Positions 18,394-28,149 of a stretch of DNA of 64,000 nucleotides are shown piece by piece. The position numbers and the translations under genes were made by a program. The first letter of the stretch is position 1. Each line of letters starts with the position of its first letter. This DNA comes from an uncultured Planctomycetaceae bacterium (lineage in GTDB: Bacteria; Planctomycetota; Planctomycetia; Pirellulales; PNKZ01). The stretch covers positions 15,261-79,260 of the forward strand of contig CAZZBK010000008.1 in the NCBI GenBank assembly GCA_964652155.1, given 5' to 3'. The notes beneath the pieces were generated by a model. The model made no database searches, was not told the DNA's origin, and was given only the letters and a program-made list of their open reading frames with translations.

Positions 18394-19395
18394 GTGCTCA
18401 AGTCGACCTACACCTGGGAGATCGCAATCGTGTTGGCTGGACAAATCTACGAACGCTGCCGCATCAAGCTCGTCGACGCCCCCGAACCACGACTGAACCC
18501 AAGCACCCCCGGGCAGATCATTTTTCAACCCGAACTCGGCTGCCTGTGCGGGTCGGACCTGCTGTACTTCGAGGCCGATTACCCCGAATATCCGGTCGAG
18601 CTTGGCCACTCGCTGCACGAACTCATCGGCACGGTGCTCGACACGAACGGGTCGCGCTTCAAGCCGGGAGACCGCGTGCTCTGCGTGCCGGTCAATCAGG
18701 TCGGACTCATGGAGCGGTTCGCCGTAAGCGAACAACGGGCCATTCCACTGGTGGCGCTCCCGAACGAGGCCGAGGCACTCATGGCTCAGCCGCTGGGAAC
18801 GGTCATTTACGCGCTGCGCAAGTTGCCCAACCTCATTGATCTCAATGTGGTGGTCGTCGGGCAGGGACCGATCGGTCAACTGTTCAACATGGCGCTCAGT
18901 AATTTGGGCGCTCGGCAGGTCATCGGTCTCGACAAGCTCGACTCGCGGCTGCAAAAGAGTCCGCTTTGCGGCGCGACCGCGACGGTCAACGTTGACCAGA
19001 CGGACCCCATCGAGGAAATCCGTCGCCTGACCGACGGACGCATGGCCGACTTGGTCATCGAGGCGGTGGGGCACCGTGACCAGGCGCTCAATCTGTGCAT
19101 CCGTTTGGCGCGTCGCGGCGGCACGTTGCTCTACTTTGGCGTGCCGACCGCCCGGCTCGACGATGTCCACTGGCGCGAAGCGATGGTCCGCAACCTCTCG
19201 ATCCAGACCAGCATCAATCCCGATTTCGCCGTGGATTTTCCGCTCGCCATGCGCTGGATCAACGAGCGTCGCGTCGATGTCTCGCCGATCGTCACGCATC
19301 GTTTTCCGTTGCGGGACATACAGGCCGCGTTCGATGTGTTCTTCGAGCGACGCGAGGGTGCCTTGAAGGTGCTCATCGACTTCCCGGCTCGCTAG
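18394..19395 (+). CDS. Zinc-dependent alcohol dehydrogenase (MDR) family oxidoreductase
   Basis: GCLCGSDL and GHSLHE zinc-ligand motifs; Rossmann motif VVVVGQGPIG. Start uncertain (GTG at 18394 or GTG at 18430). Confidence 0.8.
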   Translation: MLKSTYTWEIAIVLAGQIYERCRIKLVDAPEPRLNPSTPGQIIFQPELGCLCGSDLLYFEADYPEYPVELGHSLHELIGTVLDTNGSRFKPGDRVLCVPVNQVGLMERFAVSEQRAIPLVALPNEAEALMAQPLGTVIYALRKLPNLIDLNVVVVGQGPIGQLFNMALSNLGARQVIGLDKLDSRLQKSPLCGATATVNVDQTDPIEEIRRLTDGRMADLVIEAVGHRDQALNLCIRLARRGGTLLYFGVPTARLDDVHWREAMVRNLSIQTSINPDFAVDFPLAMRWINERRVDVSPIVTHRFPLRDIQAAFDVFFERREGALKVLIDFPAR

Positions 19396-19455
19396 CCATT
19401 CTGGCCTGACGACTGCGGCGGACGCCCAGCGGCCATTTTGCTCAGGCAAAGTCAA

Positions 19456-19475
19456 GGTTTTGATTAACCAAAACC
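19456..19475 (+). terminator. Weak AT-rich hairpin downstream of the ADH gene
   Basis: GGTTTTG-attaac-CAAAACC followed by ATTTCTCT. Stem is only 7 bp. Confidence 0.3.
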
Positions 19476-19566
19476 ATTTCTCTGCCGATACCTAGATTAT
19501 CCCTCCAAAGGAGTGCTGTGCTCATTCGGCACACTCACCCCCTTGGGACCGGTTTACGAGACCCCC

Positions 19567-20478
19567 ATGGGGTACAGGACGGCGGCGATGTTATCACAAA
19601 TCTATAAGGCATTTTTGGTCGCCTCGCTCGTCGTGGGATTGCTGCCTACGACTCCCTGTTCGGCGCAGGGGTTGCTGGACCCGTGGGGCTTGAAAGAGCG
19701 CGGCCCGCAAACGCTGCTTCGATGGTGGGATGCTGGCGAGGAAGAGTTCGAGGTGCACGAGCGGATCATCACCGATCGACCGCACATTGCCGAGGCCGCG
19801 ACGACCGTCGGCTTGGGGCACGTGCAGATCGAGACCGGGTACACGTACTATCTCGACGGCGAGGCGGGCACGCGGCTTCAAACCCACTCGTATCCAGAGG
19901 CCTTGTTTCGGATCGGCATGTTCCAGGAGTGGTTCGAGTTTCGCATCGCCTACAATTATCTCAGCCAGCAGACCGATTCAGCGACCGGACGCACGTTTGT
20001 CGGCGGCAGTGACGACCTGTACCTGGGTGCCAAGGTGGCGTTGGCCAAGCAGTCGGGCTTTCTGCCCGAGCTGACCATTTTTCCGCAGATGAAAGTTCCC
20101 AGCGGCGGCTCGGCGTTCACTGCGGGGCAGGTGCTCCCGGGCGTGAATTTTGTTTACGCTTGGCATGTCACCGACACCTTTGAACTCGAGTGCAACACGC
20201 AGGTCAACAAGCGTCTGGATGATGACGCTCATATCTATACCGAGGTCTTGCAGACGGTCAATTTTGAGCTCGACCTGAACGAGAAGTTCATGGTGTTCAA
20301 CGAGTTCGTGCTGTTTTCGCCCGTCGGCTCGCACACCAATCATGTCGAGTGGTACACGCACCCGGGCGTGCATTATTTCATCCTTCCGAATTTGCAGTTG
20401 GACGTTCACGCGGCGGTGGGGCTCAACCGCTCGGCGATCGACATGTTTGGCGGCAGCGGGCTGTCGTGGCGCTGGTAA
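19567..20478 (+). CDS. Outer-membrane beta-barrel transporter (MetA-pathway/phenol-degradation-like family)
   Basis: Signal peptide LVASLVVGLLPTTPCSAQG. ITDRPHIAEAATTVGLGHVQIETGY is typical of this family. Alternating beta-strand pattern with a C-terminal aromatic residue. Confidence 0.7.
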   Translation: MGYRTAAMLSQIYKAFLVASLVVGLLPTTPCSAQGLLDPWGLKERGPQTLLRWWDAGEEEFEVHERIITDRPHIAEAATTVGLGHVQIETGYTYYLDGEAGTRLQTHSYPEALFRIGMFQEWFEFRIAYNYLSQQTDSATGRTFVGGSDDLYLGAKVALAKQSGFLPELTIFPQMKVPSGGSAFTAGQVLPGVNFVYAWHVTDTFELECNTQVNKRLDDDAHIYTEVLQTVNFELDLNEKFMVFNEFVLFSPVGSHTNHVEWYTHPGVHYFILPNLQLDVHAAVGLNRSAIDMFGGSGLSWRW

Positions 20479-20564
20479 TCGACGACGGCCGACTTGTGAT
20501 TTCGGTCGCCAAGGAGCATCATGGATGCTGGTGAGTCGCGCGTCCCTCGCAGCTCAGGCATCGC

Positions 20565-22385
20565 ATGGTTCCGCAGCAGCTTGGCCCCTATCGTCTCGAT
20601 TCACCCCTGGGCAAAGGGGGCATGGGGACGGTCTATGCCGCCGTCGAGGTGCATACCGGCGAGCGAGCGGCGGTCAAGGTGCTCTCGGCCGCCCTGGGGC
20701 GCGAGGAGGGCTTTTTGGACCGGTTCAGCGCCGAGATCGAAAGCCTTCGCAAACTTCGCCATCCAAACATTGTCCGCCTGCTCGGCTTTGGCGAGGAAGA
20801 CGGCGTGCATTACTACGCAATGGAACTCGTCGCCGGACATAGTCTCGAAGACGAGTTGCGTGCCGGGGCGCGCTACAGTTGGCGGCAAACGGCCGATATC
20901 GGCGCGCAGGTGTGCCGCGCTCTGCGCCACGCGCACGATCGGGGCGTTATTCATCGTGACGTCAAACCGGCCAATCTGCTCCTCAGCCCCGACGGCACGG
21001 TCAAGCTCTCCGACTTTGGCATCGCCAAGTTGTTTGGCAGCTCGGGTCTGACGGGCGATGGCGTGTTGGGGACCGCCGACTATATGTCTCCCGAGCAGGC
21101 CGACGGCCGACCGGTCACGCATCGCTGTGACCTGTACAGCCTGGGAAGCGTCATGTACGCACTGCTCGCGGGTCGTCCGCCATTCCTGGCCAAATCGGTC
21201 GTCGAGATGTTGCAGCTCCAACGCTATGCGGAACCCGAGCCCATTCATCGACTCGTGCGGGGCGTGCCCGACGAGTTCGAGCAACTCCTCGATCTGCTTT
21301 TGCAGAAAGAGCCTGAACGGCGTGTGCCGACGGCACTTGCACTGGCGCGTCGACTCGAGTTGATCCGAGATTTGCCCAGCCCGGTAACGCCTGCAAACCC
21401 GAGCCCGTCGCACGGTTCGAGCGTTGAGTCGGACATCACCCACGAAGGAACCGGAGTCAGCCAGCGCCCCGCAGCCAACGTGGCGTCGACGGCCGTCGAC
21501 GCCACGAGGTCCCCTGCCCCGTCGGTCAATCCCCAGGCCCGGACCGCCTTGCCACGCGACCCTAACAGCGGCCAGCTTGAGACGACGGCACTCCCTTCGC
21601 TGGCCGGAGTGAATGGCAACAGCGGTCGGCTTCGTCCCTTGGGTCAGCGCAGCTTCACGCCCATCGGCGAGATCGACGAAAGTGTCCGCGTCGAACCCCA
21701 TGGCGAGCGGGCCGCGGGTTGGATCTCGCCGCAGACCTGGGCGTTGGTGGCGGCACTGTTGAGCGTCGGGGCCGTGTTGTGGTACCAGCTCCAACCGCCG
21801 TCGGCGAACACGTTGTACCAGCGCGTCAAGCAGGCGGCCGACGAATCGCCCGATCGGCTGCTGCTCGCGGAGCGCGACGTCGAGTCGTTCATCAGTTTCT
21901 ACCCGCGCGACACACGCACCGACGAGGTCGAGCGTTATCAGCAACAGATCGACCGGCTCAAGTTTCGGCAAAAAATGGAGCGACTCGCGCGACGCTTGGC
22001 GGCAGGCGACAAGCTGTCGCCGATCCAGGCCTCGTTCGTCGAATTCATTCGCCTGGAAAACAGCGACTCGCAACGCTGCCGGACGCTGCTGCAAGCCTTG
22101 ATCGATCTGTATCAAGCGGACGAAGAACTGCCCGGAGACGATCGCTTGTGCCTCGACCTGGCTCGACAAAAGGTGGCCGACATCGAAAGCCGCCTGCGCT
22201 CGATTGTTGCCCGAGACGAATTGACCCGCGCACTCGACCAAATCGAGCAAATCTCCGCGAATACGCCGCAGGACGCGGCCCAGCGACTCCGCGCCTTTGT
22301 GCTGCTTTACGAGGGAAAACCGGGCGCCGAGCCGCTTGTCGAGCGGGCCAAGTCCATGTTGGTTAAACTAGCGGATAGCAAATGA
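20565..22385 (+). CDS. Ser/Thr protein kinase, single-pass membrane, with helical C-terminal domain
   Basis: GKGGMGTVY, HRDVKPANLL, DFG and GTADYMSPE motifs. Predicted TM helix WALVAALLSVGAVLWYQL. Confidence 0.92.
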   Translation: MVPQQLGPYRLDSPLGKGGMGTVYAAVEVHTGERAAVKVLSAALGREEGFLDRFSAEIESLRKLRHPNIVRLLGFGEEDGVHYYAMELVAGHSLEDELRAGARYSWRQTADIGAQVCRALRHAHDRGVIHRDVKPANLLLSPDGTVKLSDFGIAKLFGSSGLTGDGVLGTADYMSPEQADGRPVTHRCDLYSLGSVMYALLAGRPPFLAKSVVEMLQLQRYAEPEPIHRLVRGVPDEFEQLLDLLLQKEPERRVPTALALARRLELIRDLPSPVTPANPSPSHGSSVESDITHEGTGVSQRPAANVASTAVDATRSPAPSVNPQARTALPRDPNSGQLETTALPSLAGVNGNSGRLRPLGQRSFTPIGEIDESVRVEPHGERAAGWISPQTWALVAALLSVGAVLWYQLQPPSANTLYQRVKQAADESPDRLLLAERDVESFISFYPRDTRTDEVERYQQQIDRLKFRQKMERLARRLAAGDKLSPIQASFVEFIRLENSDSQRCRTLLQALIDLYQADEELPGDDRLCLDLARQKVADIESRLRSIVARDELTRALDQIEQISANTPQDAAQRLRAFVLLYEGKPGAEPLVERAKSMLVKLADSK

Positions 22386-22460
22386 CGATGTTAAGCATCC
22401 CACTCCCCAAGGGATAAGGTTCCTACGACCGGCCCTCAAGCTGCGACGAGAAAGTGTTTC

Positions 22461-23474
22461 ATGTCTGACTATGCCGATTCACGATTTCCCACCACGCGAC
22501 TGCGTCGCTTGCGCTACTCGCCCCAGGTGCGCTCGCTGGCGCGCGACGTACACTTAAGCCCCGCGCAGCTAATCCTGCCGCTGTTTGTCCGCGGCGGCTC
22601 AGGCATCCGGCAAGAGATCCGGTCGATGCCGGGCGTGTATCAGATGTCGCTCGACGTGCTGGCCGAGGAGATGGCTCAGATCGCGACACTCGGCCTCGGG
22701 GGCGTAATTCTGTTCGGCATCCCCGATCGCAAAGACGCGATGGGCAGCGACGCCTTGAGCGCCGACGGCATCATTGCCCAGGCGCTGCGCGTGGCGCGCC
22801 AGGCCGCTCCCGACACGCTGCTCGTCACCGACGTTTGCTGCTGCGAGTACACCGATCACGGTCACTGCGGCGTCATCCACTCTCGCGCGGGCCGAGCCGA
22901 CGTGGACAACGACCCGACGCTCGAACTGCTGGGCCGACAGGCTGTCGCGCACGCTCAGGCTGGTGCCGACTTGGTGGCCCCCAGCGGGATGATGGACGGC
23001 ATGGTCGGCGCGATACGCCGCTCACTCGACGCCGCGCAGTTCACGCACGTGCCGATCCTCAGCTACGCCGTCAAGTACGCCAGTTCGTTCTATGGACCGT
23101 TTCGCGACGCGGCCGAGAGCACGCCCCAATTCGGCGACCGCCGCACTTATCAGATGGACCCCGCGAGCGGCAGCGGTCAGGCCTTGCGCGAGGCCGAACT
23201 CGATTTGGCCGAAGGGGCCGACATGCTGATGGTCAAACCCGCCCTGGCGTACCTCGACATCATTCGCCAGGTCCACGATCGGTTTCCGGGCGTGCCGCTG
23301 GCGGCGTACAACGTGTCAGGTGAGTACAGCATGGTGAAAGCCGCCGCCCAGCGCGGCTGGATCGACGAGCGCAACGTGGTGATCGAGTCACTCACCGCCA
23401 TTCGCCGCTCCGGTGCCTCGATCATCCTCACCTATTGGGCCAAAGACGTGGCCCAGTGGCTCAGCGGAAAATAA
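22461..23474 (+). CDS. hemB: Porphobilinogen synthase (delta-aminolevulinate dehydratase)
   Basis: Zn motif DVCCCEYTDHGHCG. Active-site regions SYAVKYASSFYGPFR and MVKPAL. Confidence 0.95.
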   Translation: MSDYADSRFPTTRLRRLRYSPQVRSLARDVHLSPAQLILPLFVRGGSGIRQEIRSMPGVYQMSLDVLAEEMAQIATLGLGGVILFGIPDRKDAMGSDALSADGIIAQALRVARQAAPDTLLVTDVCCCEYTDHGHCGVIHSRAGRADVDNDPTLELLGRQAVAHAQAGADLVAPSGMMDGMVGAIRRSLDAAQFTHVPILSYAVKYASSFYGPFRDAAESTPQFGDRRTYQMDPASGSGQALREAELDLAEGADMLMVKPALAYLDIIRQVHDRFPGVPLAAYNVSGEYSMVKAAAQRGWIDERNVVIESLTAIRRSGASIILTYWAKDVAQWLSGK

Positions 23475-23542
23475 GAGCGTCTAACAAAATGGCAGCAGAG
23501 AGGGGGACAGTCCCACAGCGGAAAATGAACGGTTGAACAAGC

Positions 23543-23989
23543 TCACTCAGCCCGCACCCCGATCGAGAGCAACAAATTCGCAAACCGCTGCATGTCGCCG
23601 GTCTGCACCGTGACGACGTGATCGACGGTCATCACCGCCTCATAAAAATCCCACTTCTTGATCGGCTTCAACTCCAGATCGAGCTGGGACTTCTGGAGCA
23701 CCGCGCGGTACTCGGCCCACACCGGAGGGTCTTGGCCCGTCGAGTACGGATCGCTCGCCTCGTACATCATCGTGTTCACCTCGTCGATCGGCACGGCCGA
23801 TAGCAGCACTTCGAGCACTTGCGTGCAGGTCACCAACCCTGGCGCGAGATTGAGGCACACCAACTCGGCGTTCGGCCCCTTCTTGGTCGAGGCGGGGTAA
23901 TGGCCATCGGCGATCAGAATTTTCGCGTGATGCCCCGCGCGGCCCAGAATCTCATTGAGCTGCGGATGAATCAATCGATGTCGTAACAT
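23543..23989 (-). CDS. RbsD/FucU family sugar mutarotase/pyranase
   Basis: 148 aa. HPQLNEILGRAGHHAKILIADGHYP is typical of RbsD/FucU. Confidence 0.8.
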   Translation of the reverse strand: MLRHRLIHPQLNEILGRAGHHAKILIADGHYPASTKKGPNAELVCLNLAPGLVTCTQVLEVLLSAVPIDEVNTMMYEASDPYSTGQDPPVWAEYRAVLQKSQLDLELKPIKKWDFYEAVMTVDHVVTVQTGDMQRFANLLLSIGVRAE

Positions 23990-23991
23990 GC

Positions 23992-24807
23992 TTACTTCCC
24001 CACGAATTGACGATAAGCTTGGATCGTTTGCTTGGCCGCGGCGAGCGAATCGGGCAGCGGCAGCGCCTCGGCCGAGAGAAACCGCTCATAACCGATCGAG
24101 CGCAGCGCTTCGATCATCGGCTTGAAATCGAGATGTCCCATCCCGGCCGCGCGCCGGTTCGAGTCGACAAAATGCACGTGGCCAATGTACCGGCCACCGC
24201 TGCGCAAGGCCGCCGCAATGTCGACCTCTTCGATGTTCATGTGGAACAAATCGGCCAACAGCCGGACGTTGTCGTTCGAGAGCCCCTGGAGAATCTTCAC
24301 CCCCGTGGCCACCGTGTTGCACATGTTCGTCTCATACCGATTGAGCGGCTCGTAGATCAGTGGCACGCCGTATTGCAGGGCATGTGAACCGAGGTCGTTC
24401 AGCGCTTCGGTCAGCCAAGCGAGAGCCGTGGGGTGATCGACCCCATTGCCGCTGCGACCCTGCATCGAGCCGATGATTGCCGGCGCGCCGAAGGGCCCCG
24501 CCAGGTCGATGATCGATCGGATGAACGCACGCGCTCGCTGACGTGCATTCGCGTCGGGCAAGCAGAGGTGCAGTTGATGCTTGACCCAACCGGCACCGGT
24601 CCCCACGGCCGCCAGCTTGAGCCCATGATCGTCGAGCAGCTTCCGCAAGAGCATGGTGTCGACCGCCTCGGGTCCCGGCGGGAACACCTCGACCGCGTCG
24701 AAGCCCAGTTCCTTGGCGCTACGGCAACCCGCGGCCAGGTCGTCCCAAAATACGAACGGTCCCCCGCGGGCTTCGTTGACCAGACTAATCGTGACGGCCG
24801 ATTGCAT
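23992..24807 (-). CDS. Sugar phosphate isomerase/epimerase (xylose isomerase-like TIM barrel)
   Basis: AP-endonuclease-2/XylA-like TIM-barrel pattern (FDAVEVF, YEPLNRYE, HVHFVDSNR). ATG at 24807; the longer track ORF has an implausible Arg/Cys-rich leader. Confidence 0.8.
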   Translation of the reverse strand: MQSAVTISLVNEARGGPFVFWDDLAAGCRSAKELGFDAVEVFPPGPEAVDTMLLRKLLDDHGLKLAAVGTGAGWVKHQLHLCLPDANARQRARAFIRSIIDLAGPFGAPAIIGSMQGRSGNGVDHPTALAWLTEALNDLGSHALQYGVPLIYEPLNRYETNMCNTVATGVKILQGLSNDNVRLLADLFHMNIEEVDIAAALRSGGRYIGHVHFVDSNRRAAGMGHLDFKPMIEALRSIGYERFLSAEALPLPDSLAAAKQTIQAYRQFVGK

Positions 24808-24825
24808 AGGGTGACTCTCTCGGTA

Positions 24826-24886
24826 GGGCACGTGCAACGTGCCATCTTCACGTGTGATCAAGCAAACCGGCACGTTGCACGTGCCC
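24826..24886 (-). promoter_or_regulatory. Perfect 18-bp inverted repeat (GGGCACGTGCAACGTGCC / GGCACGTTGCACGTGCCC) with 25-nt spacer; three CACGTG hexamers
   Basis: Arms at 24826-24843 and 24869-24886 are exact reverse complements. CACGTG occurs at 24829, 24849 and 24878. Lies between the SDR stop (24926) and the isomerase start (24807). Confidence 0.7.
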
Positions 24887-24925
24887 GACCTATTCTGACG
24901 GCGACAAGTTGCCGGCTTGGGGAGG

Positions 24926-25735
24926 TCATATCGTGACCGACGCGAAACCGCCATCGACGACGATGTTCTGCCCTGTCACGAACGACGAGGCCTGCTGTGA
25001 CGCCAGCCAGACGATCGCGCCAGCCAACTCCTCCGGCTTGCCAAAGCGACCCATCGGCGTGTGACCGATAATCTGACCACCGCGCTCGGTGTAGCTGCCG
25101 TCGGGCTTGAAGAGCAGTGCGCGATTTTGCTCGGCCGGGAAAAAGCCCGGGCTGATCGCGTTGACTCGAATCCCCTTGGTGGCCCACTCACGCGCGAGGA
25201 ACAACGTCAAGTTGATGACGGCCGCCTTGGCCGCCGAGTACGCAACCACGCGCGACAACGGAATCATGCCCGACATGGACGCAATGTTGATGATGCTGCC
25301 CTTGCCGGCTGCCAGCATCGACTCGCCAAACACCTGACTGGGGAGCAACACCCCGCCAACGAGATTCAACTCGAAGACCCCCTGCCAAGCGGCGAGCGGT
25401 AACTTGCAGAAGTCGGCTCCCGGCGGGAGCGTCGCGTCCGGGCGATTACCGCCGGTGGCGTTGACCAACACGCTGATCGGGCCCCACTTGGCCGCGATCG
25501 CATCTCGGGCCGCGACCAGCGAGTCGCGCTCGAGCGCGTCGGCCGCTTGGAACAACGCCTGGCCGCCCGCCGCTTCGATCGCGCGGACACGCTCCTGGCC
25601 ACGCTCGGCATTGCGGCCGATGACGACCACCCGCGCACCTGCCTGCGCCAAGGCGTCGGCCATCGCGCCCCCCAAGACACCGGTGCCACCAATCACGGCG
25701 GCGGTCTCGTTCGATAAATCGAAAATGTTTTTCAT
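24926..25735 (-). CDS. SDR family oxidoreductase (gluconate 5-dehydrogenase / mannonate oxidoreductase-like)
   Basis: IGGTGVLGGAMA cofactor motif and YSAAKAA catalytic YxxxK. Confidence 0.88.
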   Translation of the reverse strand: MKNIFDLSNETAAVIGGTGVLGGAMADALAQAGARVVVIGRNAERGQERVRAIEAAGGQALFQAADALERDSLVAARDAIAAKWGPISVLVNATGGNRPDATLPPGADFCKLPLAAWQGVFELNLVGGVLLPSQVFGESMLAAGKGSIINIASMSGMIPLSRVVAYSAAKAAVINLTLFLAREWATKGIRVNAISPGFFPAEQNRALLFKPDGSYTERGGQIIGHTPMGRFGKPEELAGAIVWLASQQASSFVTGQNIVVDGGFASVTI

Positions 25736-25835
25736 CGCAGGTGAGTCCTACAAGATTGCGTGTGATGGAAAGTCGAATTGAGTAGCGCCCATGTGCAAAG
25801 CGACCGGTCCCAGAGTGACCGGCTATGGGAGTCGA

Positions 25836-27086
25836 TCATTTTACAAACAAAGGCTTGAGGTGACGCTCATACAAGTTGTCGGTCACGTTCTTGGCGATCG
25901 TTTTCTCGCACGTCTTGAGCATGTGCAAGTAATGGTCGCCCAACTCAGCCGCGATTTTATAGCCGACGTGGATCAACTGCCGCAAAGAGATATTGAACAG
26001 CGGATTGCTTTGGTCGTGCCGCAACGCGCCGACGTATTGCTCGGCTGACCAGCGCGCGACCTCGTCGACCGAGGGCAACTTGCTCACGTCGATGTCGATC
26101 ACCGCGGCGTAGGGCGCGCAGAGGGCGTCTTTCTTGGCCAGGGCTTTGGCATAAATCTTCTTGGCCAGTTCGAGCCCTTCGCCACCGGCCTCGGCGAGCC
26201 CGATCACCTCTTCGAGCCACGTCGTGCCAGCAGTCTTAATGTGCAAGCCCGCGTCAAAGCGTGCGATCGCCCGACGAATCGGAGCGTAGATCGAGAACTT
26301 GTCGCTCCCCGAGTGTACGCTCAGCTTAAGATTCTTGGGGAGCCCGAACTGCTTGATTGCATAGGCGATGACGGCCAGGTCGTCGTTAAATTCCTTCTCG
26401 AACTGCACGATGTTGCCGACGTAGTCGACCCCTTTGTTGAAGCGGCCCGTGAACTTGGGAGCAATCGTCTGCAACGGGATTTTCTCGGCGGCGAGCAGCG
26501 CCAGAATCACGAGCAACTCGCCGGGCGTTTGTGGACTGTCGGTCTCGTCCATCGAGACTTCGGTGATAAAGTTGTCGGCCCCTTTGGTCGACGCGATGTG
26601 ACGATAGATTTTACCCGCCTCTTGCACGGCGAGCAGATACTTGGCCGCGATCCGCTCGACATCGGCGCGCGAGAGTTGAAATGGTTCAACGATGCCAGGC
26701 ACCGTAATGGTACCGACGAGTTGCGCGTGGCCGTCGGCAAATGCCTTGACCGCGGCCGGGTCGGCCGGCTTGCCAATCGAGTCGGCGACGTCGATCGTGT
26801 AAAAGTCGCTGGTCGAGATAAATCCGTCGACCGTTTCCAGACGGATGTGATCGGCATCGATATGGAACGGCTTCGACCAACCCAGTTCGCGCACAGCAAC
26901 CTCGGCCGCGGCGCGGACGCTTGGCGGCTGTGAGCCGACGGTCGTGTGTTCGCGATACGACTTGTTCCACACCGGCACAATGTCCGCGCCTTGCTTAGCG
27001 GCTAAGATACAAGCTTGGAGTTGCGCCTTCGCCTGATGCGCGAAACGGTCTCCCATCCCGAACGAGTATTTACCAAGGGTTAACAT
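25836..27086 (-). CDS. UxaE-like tagaturonate/fructuronate epimerase family protein (tentative)
   Basis: N-terminal SFGMGDRFAHQ and FHIDADH motifs match what I recall for the UxaE family. The sugar-acid gene context supports this. Confidence 0.55.
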   Translation of the reverse strand: MLTLGKYSFGMGDRFAHQAKAQLQACILAAKQGADIVPVWNKSYREHTTVGSQPPSVRAAAEVAVRELGWSKPFHIDADHIRLETVDGFISTSDFYTIDVADSIGKPADPAAVKAFADGHAQLVGTITVPGIVEPFQLSRADVERIAAKYLLAVQEAGKIYRHIASTKGADNFITEVSMDETDSPQTPGELLVILALLAAEKIPLQTIAPKFTGRFNKGVDYVGNIVQFEKEFNDDLAVIAYAIKQFGLPKNLKLSVHSGSDKFSIYAPIRRAIARFDAGLHIKTAGTTWLEEVIGLAEAGGEGLELAKKIYAKALAKKDALCAPYAAVIDIDVSKLPSVDEVARWSAEQYVGALRHDQSNPLFNISLRQLIHVGYKIAAELGDHYLHMLKTCEKTIAKNVTDNLYERHLKPLFVK

Positions 27087-27126
27087 GGTACGTCTGGAGC
27101 CTCAAGAAGCATGTTGTAAATCAGGA

Positions 27127-28149
27127 TCAGTTGCCGACTTCGACCACCGCTTTAATCACTCCCGTCTCGGGCTTGGTGTAGCTGGGGAAAACATCCGCCA
27201 ACTCGTCGAGGCAGGTGCGATGCGTGACCCACGGCGCGGTATCAATCTGGCCATCTTCAATGAGCTTGATGATTCGTGTGAAGTCGGCCGGCAACGCGTT
27301 GCGACTGCACAACAGGGTCCCCTCGGGCTTGTGAAACACCGGGTGCTTGAAGGTCACGTCGCTCGTGGTGATGCCGACATACACGAGCCGACCCGTCGGG
27401 GCGACGTAGCCAAAGGCGTTCGACATTGAGACATTCGAGCCGGTGGCGTCGATAACCACGTCGGGCAAATTGCCGTCCGTGACACGTCGCAAATCCTGCT
27501 CGACGTTCTCGCCCAGCTTGAGGGTCTCGTCGACCTTCATCACCTCTTTACAGAATTGCAACCGCTGGTCGTTCATGTCGAGCACGATCGACCGCGCGCC
27601 GCTGAGCTTGACGAACTCGAGCGTCGCCAAGCCGATGGGACCCGCTCCGATAACAAGACAGTTCTCCCCTTTGACCGGTGCGCCACGGTTCACGGCGTGA
27701 CAGCCGATCGCAAGCGTCTCGACCAGCGCGAGCTGTTCCATCGCCAGCTTTTTCGAGACGTGCAATTTGTCGGCCCGCAGGATGAATCGCTCGCGCAGGC
27801 CACCGTCGATCATCACGCCAATCACCTTCAGGGTCGCACAACAGTTGGTCGCTCCCTTGCGGCAGGCAATGCAGTGGCCGCAGTTCATGTACGGTTCGAC
27901 GGCACAGCGATCGCCGGGCTTGACATTCGTAACCCCCGCGCCGACCGCGAGGACCTCGACTCCCAGCTCGTGACCGGGGATGCGCGGGTACTGGAAGAAC
28001 GGCATCTTACCGAGGTAGCCGCTGATATCGGTGCCGCAGATACCGACCCGATGCACCTTGACGAGCACCTCGCCCGCGCCCGGCGCATCGGGCTCGGGAA
28101 TCTCCAACCGCTTGATCTGTTTCGGAGCTTCGAACTGCAAGGCTTTCAT
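27127..28149 (-). CDS. Zinc-dependent alcohol/sugar dehydrogenase (MDR family)
   Basis: GICGTDISGY, GHELGVEV and CGHCIACRKG (structural Zn) motifs; Rossmann motif VIGAGPIG. ATG at 28149 is preferred to the TTG at 28164. Confidence 0.88.
   Translation of the reverse strand: MKALQFEAPKQIKRLEIPEPDAPGAGEVLVKVHRVGICGTDISGYLGKMPFFQYPRIPGHELGVEVLAVGAGVTNVKPGDRCAVEPYMNCGHCIACRKGATNCCATLKVIGVMIDGGLRERFILRADKLHVSKKLAMEQLALVETLAIGCHAVNRGAPVKGENCLVIGAGPIGLATLEFVKLSGARSIVLDMNDQRLQFCKEVMKVDETLKLGENVEQDLRRVTDGNLPDVVIDATGSNVSMSNAFGYVAPTGRLVYVGITTSDVTFKHPVFHKPEGTLLCSRNALPADFTRIIKLIEDGQIDTAPWVTHRTCLDELADVFPSYTKPETGVIKAVVEVGN

Noticed and set aside
17734-19455. 573-aa minus-strand ORF that could be read as one large protein
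   Set aside because: Only the last 172 aa (from the ATG at 18252) form a Tpx peroxiredoxin. The remainder is antisense to the well-supported Zn-ADH gene (18394-19395) and has a shadow-ORF composition rich in Arg, Asp, Val and His.
20601-22250. 549-aa ORF antisense to the Ser/Thr kinase gene
   Set aside because: The plus-strand frame carries every kinase motif. The antisense frame is Arg/Ala/Gly-rich with no motifs, which is typical of high-GC shadow ORFs. The same reasoning applies to 10966-11994, 28404-29507, 43480-44436, 48124-49026, 53540-54571 and 58503-60047.
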